A stretch of DNA of 64,000 nucleotides from an uncultured Planctomycetota bacterium (GCA_963849325.1 CAWKHF010000012.1:608001-672000), one strand, 5' to 3'; shown: positions 50,178-61,221, counted from the stretch's first letter. Numbers and translations: made by a program. Notes: a model not told the origin generated them from the sequence alone.

Positions 50178-52127
50178 TTATTTCTCGGCCGGGAATATTT
50201 CCTCGAGCGGTACTTCCCACTGGCCGATGCCGACGCTCACCAGGGCAATGTTGCGCTTGAAGTCCACGCGAACGATGCGTCCGGGCTTGTCGAAGCGCGG
50301 CACGCGCACCACGTCGTTGGGTTGAAGGCGAAGGCGCGCCTCGCGGAGAGCGGCGGCCTCCTCCTTTTCGCGCTCCAGCCGTTCCGTCTTCTGGCGCAAT
50401 TCTTCCCGTTGTCGCTCCGCCTCATGCTGGGCAACGAGGGCATCCTCGCGCGCCTTCTCGGCCTCCTCGCGCAAGCGTTGCAGTTGGGCCATTTCGGGAG
50501 CGCGGCGCTGGCGGCGGCGCAGGTAGCGCTGCGCTCGCCGCAACAGCTCCCGTGGCAGTTTCAAGCGCCGCGCGATCCGCAGGGCGTTGCTCATGCCGAA
50601 CTGGCCGATGTGCAGCCGATACGTCGGCCGCAGCGTTTCGACGTCGAACTCGACCGCGCCGTTCTCGGCGCGGTCATTGTGAAAGGCGTAGGTCTTCAGG
50701 TCGCCCAGGTGCGTCGTCACCATTGCCCGGCAGCCGATGCGATCCAGTTCATCGAGGATGGCCCGGCCCAGGGCCGCCCCCTCCGTTGGGTCGGTGCCTG
50801 CTCCCAACTCGTCCAGCAGCACCAGGCTCTGCGAGTCCGCCTGGCGGAGGATGAAGGCGATGCGCGAGACGTGAGAGCTGAAGGTGCTCAGCGATTGTTC
50901 GAGGCTTTGCTCGTCGCCGATGTCGGCGAGGACGTGATGGAAGACCGGCACGTTGCTGCCCTCGCCGGCGGGAATGTGCATGCCCGACTGCGCCATCAGG
51001 CACAGGAGTCCGGCCGTCTTCAGGCAGACCGTTTTGCCGCCAGTGTTCGGCCCAGTGATGATGAGCAGGTTGAAGCCGAAGCCGAGGCGGATATCGATGG
51101 GGACGACAGTGCGCGGCGAACGGCCGGCGTCAGCCGGCTGGTGGGGGTCGGACCAGCCGGCTGACGCCGGCCGTTCGCCCACGTCGCGGAATAGATGCAA
51201 CAACAACGGGTGCCGCGCCTGTCGCAGCCAGAGCTGCCCCTCCGTGTTGATCTCCGGAGCGTACATGTCGTATTCGCGGCTGAAACGGGCCTTGGCCGTG
51301 ATCAGGTCGAGGCGGGCGAGGATGTCGATGGCGAAGGTGAGCGGCTTGGTCACGCGCGCGACCTCGCCGCTGAGGCGGCGCAGGATGCGGCCAATTTCCC
51401 GGTCCTCCTCACCCTTGAGCACCGCGCGCTCGGCGCTGAGACTGGCGAGGCCGGCCGGCTCGATGAATAAGGTCTCGCCGGTACTGCTCGTGCGATGGAC
51501 GACGCCTTGTAGCTTGTGCCGATGATTGACCGCGACCGGCAGGACGTAGTGATCGCCGCTGACAGTGGCGTTGGGATAGCGGAGGATCTTGCGCAGCTCG
51601 GGATCGCGCAGGAGTCGGCGGATCTGGTTCTGCACGCGCTCCTCGACATCGCCGAGCTTCTGGCGGACCTGGGCCAGTTCGCGGCTGGCCATGTCGAGAA
51701 CGTGGCCGCGACCGTCGATGCAGCCGCTGATGGTCTTGGCCACCGGACCCAGATCTTCGACGGGCGCCAGCAGGTCGGCCAGGCGCCGCTGCGGATCGCC
51801 CAGCCTCATGCGATAGCGGTAGACGTTGCCGGTGCAGGCCAGGGTATCGGCCACCTCCAGCAACTGCTCGATGGTCAGCTGGGCGCCGATGGCGGCTCGG
51901 CGGACGGTCAGGCGGATGTCGTGCAGCCCGCCGAAGGGCGGCGCCAGACCTTGCCCCAGAGCGTCGGTCATCTCGCCGACCAGGGCCAGTTCGGCACGGA
52001 TGCGTTCGGCGTCGCTGCCGGGTTCGAGTTGGCGCGCCAGTTCCTTGCCGAGCGAGCAGGCGGCGTGGCCGGCCAGCAGCTCGCGGATTTTGTTGAATTC
52101 CAGAAGCTCCAGCGTATGAACGTCGTG
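50178..52127 (-). CDS. mutS2: MutS2-family protein lacking a C-terminal Smr domain; start codon not canonical (likely sequence error)
   Basis: DVHTLELLEFNKIRELL, SSTGETLFIEP, ITGPNTGGKT, DIGDEQSLEQSLSTFSSH, LLDELGAGTDPTEG; ends in a KOW-like domain. Confidence 0.88.
   Translation of the reverse strand, partial: HDVHTLELLEFNKIRELLAGHAACSLGKELARQLEPGSDAERIRAELALVGEMTDALGQGLAPPFGGLHDIRLTVRRAAIGAQLTIEQLLEVADTLACTGNVYRYRMRLGDPQRRLADLLAPVEDLGPVAKTISGCIDGRGHVLDMASRELAQVRQKLGDVEERVQNQIRRLLRDPELRKILRYPNATVSGDHYVLPVAVNHRHKLQGVVHRTSSTGETLFIEPAGLASLSAERAVLKGEEDREIGRILRRLSGEVARVTKPLTFAIDILARLDLITAKARFSREYDMYAPEINTEGQLWLRQARHPLLLHLFRDVGERPASAGWSDPHQPADAGRSPRTVVPIDIRLGFGFNLLIITGPNTGGKTVCLKTAGLLCLMAQSGMHIPAGEGSNVPVFHHVLADIGDEQSLEQSLSTFSSHVSRIAFILRQADSQSLVLLDELGAGTDPTEGAALGRAILDELDRIGCRAMVTTHLGDLKTYAFHNDRAENGAVEFDVETLRPTYRLHIGQFGMSNALRIARRLKLPRELLRRAQRYLRRRQRRAPEMAQLQRLREEAEKAREDALVAQHEAERQREELRQKTERLEREKEEAAALREARLRLQPNDVVRVPRFDKPGRIVRVDFKRNIALVSVGIGQWEVPLEEIFPAEK
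51115..51179. repeat. REP-like palindrome inserted in frame inside mutS2
   Basis: 28-bp perfect arms GGCGAACGGCCGGCGTCAGCCGGCTGGT; same family as 26143-26242 and 16951-16976. Confidence 0.92.
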
Positions 52128-52426
52128 AATGGCTTGTGCCTCTCAGCGCTCCCATGTATTTTCCGAGCCGGAAGCGTAAGCGAAGGGCTTCCTTCGCTTA
52201 CGCTTCCGGCTCGGAGGAATTCGCTCCGCTGGCTCTTAGACACGGCTTCGAGCGGGTGGTTCAGTCATCCAGGCCATTCATTCTCGGTTGATTTACCCTC
52301 GGCGAACAGGTTCGTCCAGTAGGGTTCCTTTGGCGAAAACATTCGAGAACAACCCTTCTGTCGGCCGGGCCGGCGCTTTACACTGAGATCGCTTCGATTC
52401 CGAAAGTGCTTGCGTGAGGGTGGACC

Positions 52427-54137
52427 ATGTTGAAATTGACGTTCCTTGTCCTGCTAACCGTGTGGTTGTGGGGTGGGTGCTCGGTGGTGGAGGCGGGTGA
52501 GCGGCTGACGCCGGCGGCGGGGCGGGCCGGGCGTTCGGTCGTCCTGGCTCCGCACGGCATGGTCGCCACCAGCCAGCCATTGGCTGTCCAGGTCGGCCTG
52601 GACGTGCTCAAAAACGGCGGCAACGCCGTCGATGCCGCCATCGCCACGAATGCCGCGCTGGGCCTGATGGAACCCATGAGCTGCGGCATCGGCGGCGACC
52701 TGTACGCTCTCGTCTGGGACGCCAAATCGCAAAAACTGTATGGACTCAACGCCAGCGGCCGCTCGCCCTACCGGGCCACCCGCGAGTTCTTCGCTTCGCA
52801 GGGACTCAACGAAATCCCCGAGACGGGACCGCTGAGCTGGTCGGTGCCCGGCTGCGTCGATGGCTGGGAGGAATTGCGCGGCGCTTCGGCACGCGGCACG
52901 TTGGCCCAGCTCCTGGAGCCGACCATCCGCTACGCCGAGGACGGCTTCCCCGTCAGCCCGGTGATCGCCGGTTCTTGGCGAGGCGCGGAGAGCAAGCTGC
53001 GGCGCCATCCCGACGCCGCTCGCACTTACCTGATCGACGGCCACACCCCGCGCCGGTGACGTGTTCAAGAACGCCAATCTGGCTCGTAGCTATCGCCTTC
53101 TCGCCGCCAAGGGCCGCGATGCCTTCTACAAGGGCGATCTCGCTCATGCCGTCGTCGCTTTTTCGGAGAAGAATGGTGGTCTGTTTTCGATGAAAGACTT
53201 CGCCGACCACACTTCCACCTGGGTCGAGCCGGCCAGCACGACGTACCGCGGCTACCAGGTCTGGGAGATTCCGCCGCCCGGCCAGGGCATCGCCGTCTTG
53301 CAAATGCTCAATCTGCTGGAAGACTACGACCTTAAGAAGTTGGGTGCCGAGTCGGCGGACTGGTGGCACCTGTTCCTCGAAGCGAAGAAGCTGGCATACG
53401 CCGACCGGGCGCGCTTTTACGCCGACCCCGACTTCGTGAAAGTGCCGGTACACGAACTCATCTCGAAGCCCTACGCCGCCGAGCGCCGCAAGCTCATCGA
53501 CCGGAACAAGGCGATGACGCGCGTGCCGGCGGGCGAGCCGAAACTGGAGCGCGGCGATACCGTATACTTGTGCGCGGTGGACAAGGACCGCAACTGCGTG
53601 TCGCTGATCCAGAGCAATTATTTCGGCTTCGGCTCCGGCCTGGTGCCGGGCGATCTCGGCTTCGCGCTGCAAAATCGCGGCACGCTCTTCGCCCTCGACG
53701 CGCGGCACGCCAACCGCCTGGAGCCGCACAAACGGCCATTCCACACCATCATCCCGTCGCTGGTGACGAAGGACGGCAAACCGTGGTTTGTCTTCGGCGT
53801 CATGGGCGGCGACATGCAGCCGCAAGGACAGGTGCAAGTGCTGGTCAACCGGATCGACTTCGGCATGAACGTGCAAGAAGCCGGCGAAGCGCCGCGATTG
53901 GAGCACGTCGGCTCGGCGACGCCGACCGGCTCATCCGGTAGCCGCAGCGGCGGCACCGTCCGCGCCGAGCGCGGCATCTCCGCCAAGGTCATCGAGGAGC
54001 TGACGCGCCGCGGTCATCGCGTAACCACGGTGCGGACCAACGGCGGTGGCTACCAGGGCATCCTCATCGACCCCAAGACGAACGTGCTGCACGGCGGCTC
54101 GGAAGCGCGCAAGGACGGCTGCGCCGCCGGATATTGA
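52427..54137 (+). CDS. ggt: Gamma-glutamyltransferase; frameshift near 53050
   Basis: GGNAVDAAIAT, CGIGGD, PPPGQG, GDTVYL (catalytic Thr), KRPFHTIIP, GVMGGDMQPQG. Confidence 0.92.
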
Positions 54138-54152
54138 GGCAGGGCGACAACC

Positions 54153-54491
54153 ATGTATCCTTCCGGGACGTGGCGCGGTTACTGGGAACAGGAAGTATGG
54201 GGCCGCCAACCGATGGGCCCGCTGGTGCTGCGTTTCGCGGACGGTCGCATTGACGGCGAGGGCCGCGACATGGTCGGTCCCTTCACGTTCACGGGGGAGT
54301 ACGACGACCAGGGGGCGATCCGCATGGTGAAACAATATCTCGGCAGGCATCAGGTGATCTACCACGGCACCTACGATGGGGAAGGCACGATCTTCGGACG
54401 GTGGTCGATCCCGCCGTTGTGGTCTGGCCCATTCGCCCTGTCGCCGGTCGCTGGCAAACTGCCCCCGGACGCGCCCATTGAGGAGTTATGA
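54153..54491 (+). CDS. Hypothetical beta-rich protein
   Basis: SGTWRGYWEQ..IDGEGRDMVGPFTFTGEY..KQYLGRHQVIYHG..IFGRWSI. Confidence 0.75.
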   Translation: MYPSGTWRGYWEQEVWGRQPMGPLVLRFADGRIDGEGRDMVGPFTFTGEYDDQGAIRMVKQYLGRHQVIYHGTYDGEGTIFGRWSIPPLWSGPFALSPVAGKLPPDAPIEEL

Positions 54492-54767
54492 CAGATGTTT
54501 GCTCGGCTGGAATGCGGGCCATGCGAATGCAGTCGGCAGACGGGGCGGGACTGGTTGCCACCCTGCCGCCGCCGAAAAAGGCTCGGCAAGGAAGACGGGT
54601 TCTCGAATCTGGTACAATAATCAGAGTGCTCTAAAAGAAAGAGGACTTTCTGATTGAAAACTCACCTACTCAAGCTTCTTTTTATGGTTTCGGGTGACGC
54701 ACAGCGTCATGACCACTCTGTATAAATCAATCCAATAATGGCGTCGGGAAGCCGGGAAGGAGGAGAC

Positions 54768-56051
54768 ATGCAGAAGGACGAATTGGTGCCGCTGACACAT
54801 AACAACTTGGAGCCTCTCTTCCAGCGGGCGATTTCTAACGTGCGCGACGAGATAATCGACAACCCCTACATCGCCGAGGCTCTACGGGTCTTGCCCGTAG
54901 GCGGCTTCCGGAGCGCGATCGGCTCCTTCTGGAACGCCGTCGTCGATGACCTGCGAAATAAGATCATCCATCGTAGCGTGAAGCTCTTCAACAAGGCGGT
55001 CAATGTCGGGCGGGAAGTCAAGACCTACGAAGACTTCCAGAACCACGTCACCGACGACAACCTCATTGACGGCGCCCACAAAATCGGCGTAATTGGCTGG
55101 GAGGCCGCCAAGATCCTCAAGCACGCCAAGGAGACGCGGCACATCTTTGACGGCCACCCGCGGAGCACCGATCCGTCGATCATCAAGGTGCTGGCCATGT
55201 TCGAGGACTGCACCAAGTACGTCCTCAACGAGCCCTACCCCCCGCAAGTAGTGGACATCGACGAATACCTCACGATGATGGCATCAACGGATTTCGACCG
55301 CAATGAGGTCGCCATCGCCAACGCGCTCACCGAACTGCCCGATGTGTACAAAACGGAACTGATCAACCGCCTTTTTACGGCCTACATCCACGAAAATGCG
55401 TCCTCCGATCTGCGCTCGAACATCGAACTCACCGCTCCGATCCTGTGGAACTTATTGCCGAAGGAGTTGAAAATTCAGGTGGTCCGCCGTGTTGATCAGG
55501 AAATCCCGAAGGGCAATGCGGCGAAGACAAAGGAAGCGTTTCGCTTCGTCCACCTGGTGAAGGCGACCGCGTATCTGACCATCACGTCCCGGAGCTACGT
55601 CATCAAGCCTTTGGTCGATAGGCTACAGGCCAGCCTGGATGATTTCGACACTGAGGATCTGTGCGTCCGCTCCCTGGCTCCGTATGCATCCAACATACCC
55701 CCCGAGTTCGTTGCCCCCTATGTGTCCGCGATTACCCACACTTATGTGGGACGCATAGGGTCCAGCGGCCGCTTTTCCCGCACGGACTGGTACGCGAATG
55801 GCGCGGCGACGCGTATCCCGAAGATGGTGGAGGCGTTCGACGACACCGCCTCATCGGCCTTCATCGATTGCATCCGCAAGAGTTCGACGTTGCGCCGGCG
55901 CATCCAGACGCCTGTCAAATTGAATCGGCTACGGTCGCTCGGGAACATTGTCCTCGGGCGTGTGTCGGCTGCGTTCCCGGAGAAGAAGTTCCTCGAAGCG
56001 ATGGTCGATCCGAATCGCGAGGAGGAGTTCCTGGAGATGCTGAAGGGCTGA
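54768..56051 (+). CDS. Hypothetical protein with HEPN-like N-terminal domain and helical C-terminus
   Basis: AGGAGG RBS; EALRVL..GFRSAIGSFWNAV..; RHIFDGH (R-x5-H); lower GC than flanks. Confidence 0.7.
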   Translation: MQKDELVPLTHNNLEPLFQRAISNVRDEIIDNPYIAEALRVLPVGGFRSAIGSFWNAVVDDLRNKIIHRSVKLFNKAVNVGREVKTYEDFQNHVTDDNLIDGAHKIGVIGWEAAKILKHAKETRHIFDGHPRSTDPSIIKVLAMFEDCTKYVLNEPYPPQVVDIDEYLTMMASTDFDRNEVAIANALTELPDVYKTELINRLFTAYIHENASSDLRSNIELTAPILWNLLPKELKIQVVRRVDQEIPKGNAAKTKEAFRFVHLVKATAYLTITSRSYVIKPLVDRLQASLDDFDTEDLCVRSLAPYASNIPPEFVAPYVSAITHTYVGRIGSSGRFSRTDWYANGAATRIPKMVEAFDDTASSAFIDCIRKSSTLRRRIQTPVKLNRLRSLGNIVLGRVSAAFPEKKFLEAMVDPNREEEFLEMLKG

Positions 56052-56225
56052 GAAACAGGGAGAGGGTGTCAGGAATGAATGGCACTTCTCAAGATCGTCA
56101 AATCAGAGGAGGAGTGGGAACATCTCATACAAGGCATCACTCGCAAAGATCCGCCGGACGCATTTGCCGACGGGATGTTGCAGCCGGCATGGACGAGTTG
56201 CAGAGTGCCAGCGGTTTCAACCTCG

Positions 56226-56687
56226 TCAGGGACTGGGCAGTTGCGAAGCGAGCACCTGCTGCGGATCGAGGACGGTCAGGGTCTGGTAGCGCTGGAAGTC
56301 GGCGACGTTGAAGGTGAGGATTCGGCTGAGGCCGTGAACCATCATAGCCGCCGCGAGGCGGGCATCGTGGGCATTCTTTCCGCTCACCTGATATTGCGTG
56401 ACCAACTGCTCCCATTGGGGAAAGACGGCAGAGGTCTCGTCGAGGATCGTGAAAAGAGTCTTGAGGCGGGAAAGCTCTGCTTGCACCTCGGCCGGTGTAA
56501 GTCCCAGTCCATTCTGCGCCGCTGGCCGTGTGCAAACCACCCAGAATTCGTAGAGGTTTTGGGGCACAAGGCAGAGCGTTTCACCCTGCCGGCGCAGCTC
56601 GGTCACGGCATCCGCGGCGAGTTGGTGCATCGAGTGGCCCGGCTGAGCGGCGCGCGTCAGGATATTGGTGTCGAGGAGCGTGCTCAT
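56226..56687 (-). CDS. VapC-family PIN toxin
   Basis: LLDTNIL, QNLYEFWVVCTRP, GKNAHDARLAAAM, ILTFNVADF. Confidence 0.92.
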   Translation of the reverse strand: MSTLLDTNILTRAAQPGHSMHQLAADAVTELRRQGETLCLVPQNLYEFWVVCTRPAAQNGLGLTPAEVQAELSRLKTLFTILDETSAVFPQWEQLVTQYQVSGKNAHDARLAAAMMVHGLSRILTFNVADFQRYQTLTVLDPQQVLASQLPSP

Positions 56688-56935
56688 TCGCCGCGTCCGG
56701 CATAGATGCTATCTCGATCATCTTCCGCCACCGAAGGAAGAGCCTTATGGCCAGCCACCCACGCACGCCAGGCCGCCTCCCAAGCTTCAAAAGAGACAGT
56801 CGTCCCCTCCCCGCTGGGAGCGACAGCTCGCTCCACCAACTGCTCGATATATTCCTCCAACGTCAGCCCATTCCTGGCGGCCTCTCCTCGAAGGCGGCGC
56901 TCAACCTCGGCGTCCAGGCATAATGAGATATTCAT
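56684..56935 (-). CDS. Putative antitoxin (RHH-like)
   Basis: ISLCLDAEVERRLRGEAARNGLTLEEYI..RDSIYAGRGE; 4-nt overlap with the PIN gene. Confidence 0.8.
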   Translation of the reverse strand: MNISLCLDAEVERRLRGEAARNGLTLEEYIEQLVERAVAPSGEGTTVSFEAWEAAWRAWVAGHKALPSVAEDDRDSIYAGRGE

Positions 56936-56954
56936 GGGATACCCTTTCCTTTTT

Positions 56955-57839
56955 CTACCGCGCCGCGTCGCCGAACGGGTGCGCCGTCACGGTCCCCACC
57001 GGCCAATTCAGCCATAACAGACGCTTGAAGTGGTAATCTCCGCCGACATTGTAACCGCGGATACCGTGCCAGGTACACTCTCTCTCACGGTGCGTGTGGC
57101 CGCAGATGGCGAAGGCGATGCGCTCGGCGTGGCGGGCCAACAGTTCCTCCATCGCCCGATTGCCGCCGAACGCCTCCCAGAGCAGATCGTCCAGGGTCAG
57201 CGGTGACTGTTTCTCCGGGAAGCTGATGCACCGCATCGGCGGATGGTGCGTCACGACAAGAACACGCTCGACCTGCCCCAGTGCCGCGCGCAGATGTTGT
57301 TCGAGCGTGCCCACCACCTGAGCCGTGAAGCCGGCATCTTCGAGGGGCCAGCGGATGAAGTTAGCGTCGTTGTGCCGGCCGCGCGTAAAGCGCTTGCTCT
57401 GCAAGCGTTCTTCCTCGAAGGGGTAATCGCGGCGAATCGCCTCCAGCGACCACGAATAATCGTACCAGTTGATCGAGCCGACCAGAGCCAGTCTCGACTC
57501 CGACAGCAACAGCGGCCCGCGGTCGAGGTAGTGGAAGCCGTGGGACGCGCAGATGGCGGGGAGGTCTTGCTGATAGAGCTGGAGCGAGTCGTGTCCATCC
57601 TCGGGCCGCACCCATAGGTCATGATTGCCGGGCACCAGCGCCTTGCGGCAGGGCAGATCGGCGAACAAGCGCAGACACTCGCCGAAGTACGAGCCGGTGC
57701 CGAGGTCGCCGGCGAGAACGAGCACATCGGGCGTCTTTTCATGCAGGAAGGAGGCGAGCAGGCGCGTGGCGTCCTCGCCGCGGCCGCCGTGGCCCCAGTG
57801 CAAGTCGGCAGTGATGGCGACTTGCAGTTCCCGGTCCAT
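56955..57839 (-). CDS. Calcineurin-like metallophosphoesterase
   Basis: ADLH, AGDL, PGNHD, THHPP, CGHTH. Confidence 0.92.
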   Translation of the reverse strand: MDRELQVAITADLHWGHGGRGEDATRLLASFLHEKTPDVLVLAGDLGTGSYFGECLRLFADLPCRKALVPGNHDLWVRPEDGHDSLQLYQQDLPAICASHGFHYLDRGPLLLSESRLALVGSINWYDYSWSLEAIRRDYPFEEERLQSKRFTRGRHNDANFIRWPLEDAGFTAQVVGTLEQHLRAALGQVERVLVVTHHPPMRCISFPEKQSPLTLDDLLWEAFGGNRAMEELLARHAERIAFAICGHTHRERECTWHGIRGYNVGGDYHFKRLLWLNWPVGTVTAHPFGDAAR

Positions 57840-57945
57840 GAAAAACCTCCGTCGCCTTCTTGAAACCCGACGCCCTCGCGGCGAGTATGCACTGCCGACT
57901 CATGATGTCTCTCGGCTCGTCGTATTGTACAGGAGTCTGCCTGCC

Positions 57946-59724
57946 ATGTGCCTGTTTCGCTTTATCGCGGGCGGCCTGATCGGCCTGACCTTTTGCGTCG
58001 CGGTTGCTCGCGCCGAGACGCCCGATACTCCGACCGTCGCCTCGGGGCGCTTACGCGACCCCGCTCGCCTGCTGCCCGAGCAAGCCGATGTGCTGATCCA
58101 GGTTCGCCAGCCGCGCCGCCTCGTGGAGACGCTGACCACGCTGGAGACCTTACAACAACTCCGGCAATTCGCCCCGGTGCGCGAGTTGTTCGATTCCACC
58201 AACGCGCGCCGCTTCCAGCAGCTTGTCGCCTACTTCGAGAAAGAGCTGGGCGCGCCCTGGTCGCAACTGCTCGATCGCCTGGCCGGCCGCGGCGCCGTCC
58301 TCGGCATCAAGCTCGGCGCCAACCCGGCCCCGACCCTGCTGGTTATCCAGGGCGAGGACGCGCCGCTGATGCGCCGGTTCTTCCGACTCAGCCTGGACGT
58401 TGTCAAGCAGGAACTGGCCCGCAAGGAGGCGAAGGAGAAGCCGGTCAAGGTTTCATATCAGGGCGTTGATACGGTTCGCATCGGCACGGACTTCCACGCG
58501 GCCGTCGCCGGTGGCGCCCTCTTTGTGAGCAACAACGAGAAGACGCTGCAAGCGGGCCTCGACCGCCACCTGGGTCGCAACAAAAAGAGCATGGCCGACG
58601 TGCCGAGCGTGGCCGAGGCCGCCAAGCTCTTACCGCCCGGGCCGCTCGTTTCCTTCTGGCTCAACATGGAGACGGTTCGCCAATCTCCCCAGGGCAAGGT
58701 CTTCTACAAGGCACCGCCGCGCGATGACCCCAACCAGACCGTCCTCCTCGGCCAATACATCGACCTGCTCGGCCGATCGCCGTTCGTCTGCGCCGGCGTG
58801 TATCCGGAAAAGAGCGGTTTCGTGGCCACCCTTCGCACGCCGCGCGGTCGGGACGGCATGGGACCGGACAGGCTAATGCACGTCCCGCCGTCCGGTATGC
58901 CCGGTTCGCGGCCGCTGCTGGAGCCGAAGGACGTCCTTTACAGCGAAAGCAGTTATCTCGATGTCGCGCGCATCTGGACGGATCGGGCCAAACTCTTCAA
59001 CGTCAAGCAGGTGAAGGGACTGGAGAAGTTCGACAGTCAATCCAGCCTGCCGTTGTTTTTGAGCGGCGTCAAGCTCAGCCGGCTTTTGCCGCAGATGGGA
59101 CCGTACTACCGCTTCGTCGCCGCCCACCAGAATGGAGGCTATAAGAAGAGTCCGAAAATCTCCATTCCGGCCTTCGCCCTCGTCTGGGAGTTGCGCGAGC
59201 CGGAAGCTTTCGTCAAGACGATGGACACCGTTCTCCGCGGCGCTGCCCTGCTGGCCGGCGCGAAGGCCAACCTCAAGCTCGTCGAGGAGGACTACAAGGA
59301 CGGCAAACTCGTCGGCTATCGCTTCCCCGAGGACCAACCGCTCCAGGGCGACGTCAACGACCTGCGTTTCAACTTCAGCCCATGCTTCACGCGCGTCGGC
59401 AACCAGTTCGTCGCGTCCTCGACCATCGAGCTGTGCCGCGAACTGGTAGATCTGCTCCACAAGGAGGGCATGTCGCCGACGCGCGGCGATGCCTCCACGG
59501 CACGCATGCGGCTGTACGGCTCCGGGGCCGCCGCCTACCTGCGGACCATCGAAGACTTGCTCGTCACGCAAACCACGCTCGACCAGGCGGTGTCGCCGAA
59601 GGAGGCGCGCGAGCAGATTCACCTGTTCCTCGACCTGGTCCGCCGGTTCGGCGCGCTGTCGCTCGGCCCGCGCTTTCACGACAAGACGTTTCAGTACGAC
59701 ATTCGGCTCCAGCCGGAGAAATAA
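57946..59724 (+). CDS. Secreted hypothetical protein upstream of the DUF1800/DUF1501 pair
   Basis: Signal peptide; AGGAG RBS; long open frame. Confidence 0.78.
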   Translation: MCLFRFIAGGLIGLTFCVAVARAETPDTPTVASGRLRDPARLLPEQADVLIQVRQPRRLVETLTTLETLQQLRQFAPVRELFDSTNARRFQQLVAYFEKELGAPWSQLLDRLAGRGAVLGIKLGANPAPTLLVIQGEDAPLMRRFFRLSLDVVKQELARKEAKEKPVKVSYQGVDTVRIGTDFHAAVAGGALFVSNNEKTLQAGLDRHLGRNKKSMADVPSVAEAAKLLPPGPLVSFWLNMETVRQSPQGKVFYKAPPRDDPNQTVLLGQYIDLLGRSPFVCAGVYPEKSGFVATLRTPRGRDGMGPDRLMHVPPSGMPGSRPLLEPKDVLYSESSYLDVARIWTDRAKLFNVKQVKGLEKFDSQSSLPLFLSGVKLSRLLPQMGPYYRFVAAHQNGGYKKSPKISIPAFALVWELREPEAFVKTMDTVLRGAALLAGAKANLKLVEEDYKDGKLVGYRFPEDQPLQGDVNDLRFNFSPCFTRVGNQFVASSTIELCRELVDLLHKEGMSPTRGDASTARMRLYGSGAAAYLRTIEDLLVTQTTLDQAVSPKEAREQIHLFLDLVRRFGALSLGPRFHDKTFQYDIRLQPEK

Positions 59725-59762
59725 TCCCCCTCGTCGGGTGACGAATCGCCAGGAGGTACTTC

Positions 59763-61171
59763 ATGGCAGATGCTTCCGCGAAGACCCTTGATCCGCGCTG
59801 GGCGTGGCAGCCGTATCGACCCGGCAAGGAGTCGCCGTGGGACGTCCGGCGCGTGGGCCATCTCTATCGCCGTGCCGCCTTCGGAGCGACGAATGCCGAG
59901 CTGGAGGTGGGACTCAAGGCTGGACCCCAAGCCCTCATCGCTCGGCTCCTCCAGGGAGGTCCGGGGTTGAGCGCGTTCGACGCCGAGATGACGCCCCTGG
60001 CCCAGAACGTCGCGCGTTACAACGATGCGCCGCACCTGCGCGCCTGGTGGCTGACGCGCATGCTGTATAGTCCGCACCCGCTGCAAGAGAAAATCACCCT
60101 TTTCTGGCACAACCACTTCGCCACCAGCTACGCCAAGGTGCAGAGCGCCCGCTTCATGCTCGGCCAGTACGAGCTGATGCGCCGTCACGCCCTGGGCAAC
60201 TTCGCCGACCTGCTGCGCGAGATGTCCGCCGATCCGGCCATGCTGATCTGGCTGGACGGGCGCGACAGCAAGAAGGGCAACCCCAATGAGAATTACGCCC
60301 GCGAGCTGATGGAGCTGTTCAGCCTCGGCATCGGCCACTACACCGAGAAGGACATCCGCGAGGCCGCCCGCGCCTTCACCGGCTGGGAGATTCAAGGGAC
60401 GAAAGCCGTCTTCAGTTCCCGGCAGCACGATGACGGTCCAAAGACGGTCCTCGGCCAAACCGGCAACTGGAAAGGCGACGACATCGTTCGCATCTGCCTG
60501 GAGCAGAAAGCGGCGCCGTTGTTCCTTGTCGGCAAGCTGTACCGCTTCCTCGTCAGCGAGACGCTGACGCCGACGCCGGAACTGCTGGCGCCGCTGGCCG
60601 AACAATTCAAAACGAGTGGCTACGACTTCGGCGCGCTCGTCCGGACGATGCTGTCGTCGAACCTGTTCTTTTCGCCGATCGTCTACCGGACGCGCGTCAA
60701 ATCGCCGGTCGATTTCGTGCTGGGCATCGTCCGCGGCTTGGAGGGCAAGATGGGAACGACGGCACTGGCGCAGGCGCTGGAGCAGCTGGGCCAGAACCTC
60801 TTTTCGCCGCCGTCGGTCAAGGGCTGGGACGGCGGACGCACCTGGCTCAACGGCCAGACGCTGCTGTTCCGGCAGAACCTGGCGCTGGCGCTGACCTCGA
60901 CGGAGGACGCCCGCTTCGGCCGCCGCAGCGACCCCGCCGTTCTGGCGCGCAAGTACAACAAAAAATCAGACACCGAGCTGGTAGACTTCTTCCTGCGCCT
61001 GTTCTTGCAGGACGACGTGCCCGCTGAGACGCGGCGCGCCTGCTCGACTATCAGCGTCATGCCCACGAGCTGCCGGCGCCGGTATACTGGACGGTGGAAG
61101 ACGCCGCCGACCATCGCGTGCGAACCCTGTGTCATCTGGTGTTGTCGCTGCCGGAGTTTCAGCTGGATTAG
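59763..61171 (+). CDS. DUF1800 domain protein; frameshift near 61035
   Basis: HLYRRAAFG, LQEKITLFWHNHFATS, PNENYARELMELFSLG, PPSVKGW, LPEFQL. Confidence 0.92.
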
Positions 61172-61221
61172 ATGCCGCAGACGGCTTAACGCTAAGCCGG
61201 ACGCGGCCGGAGGATCTGCAC

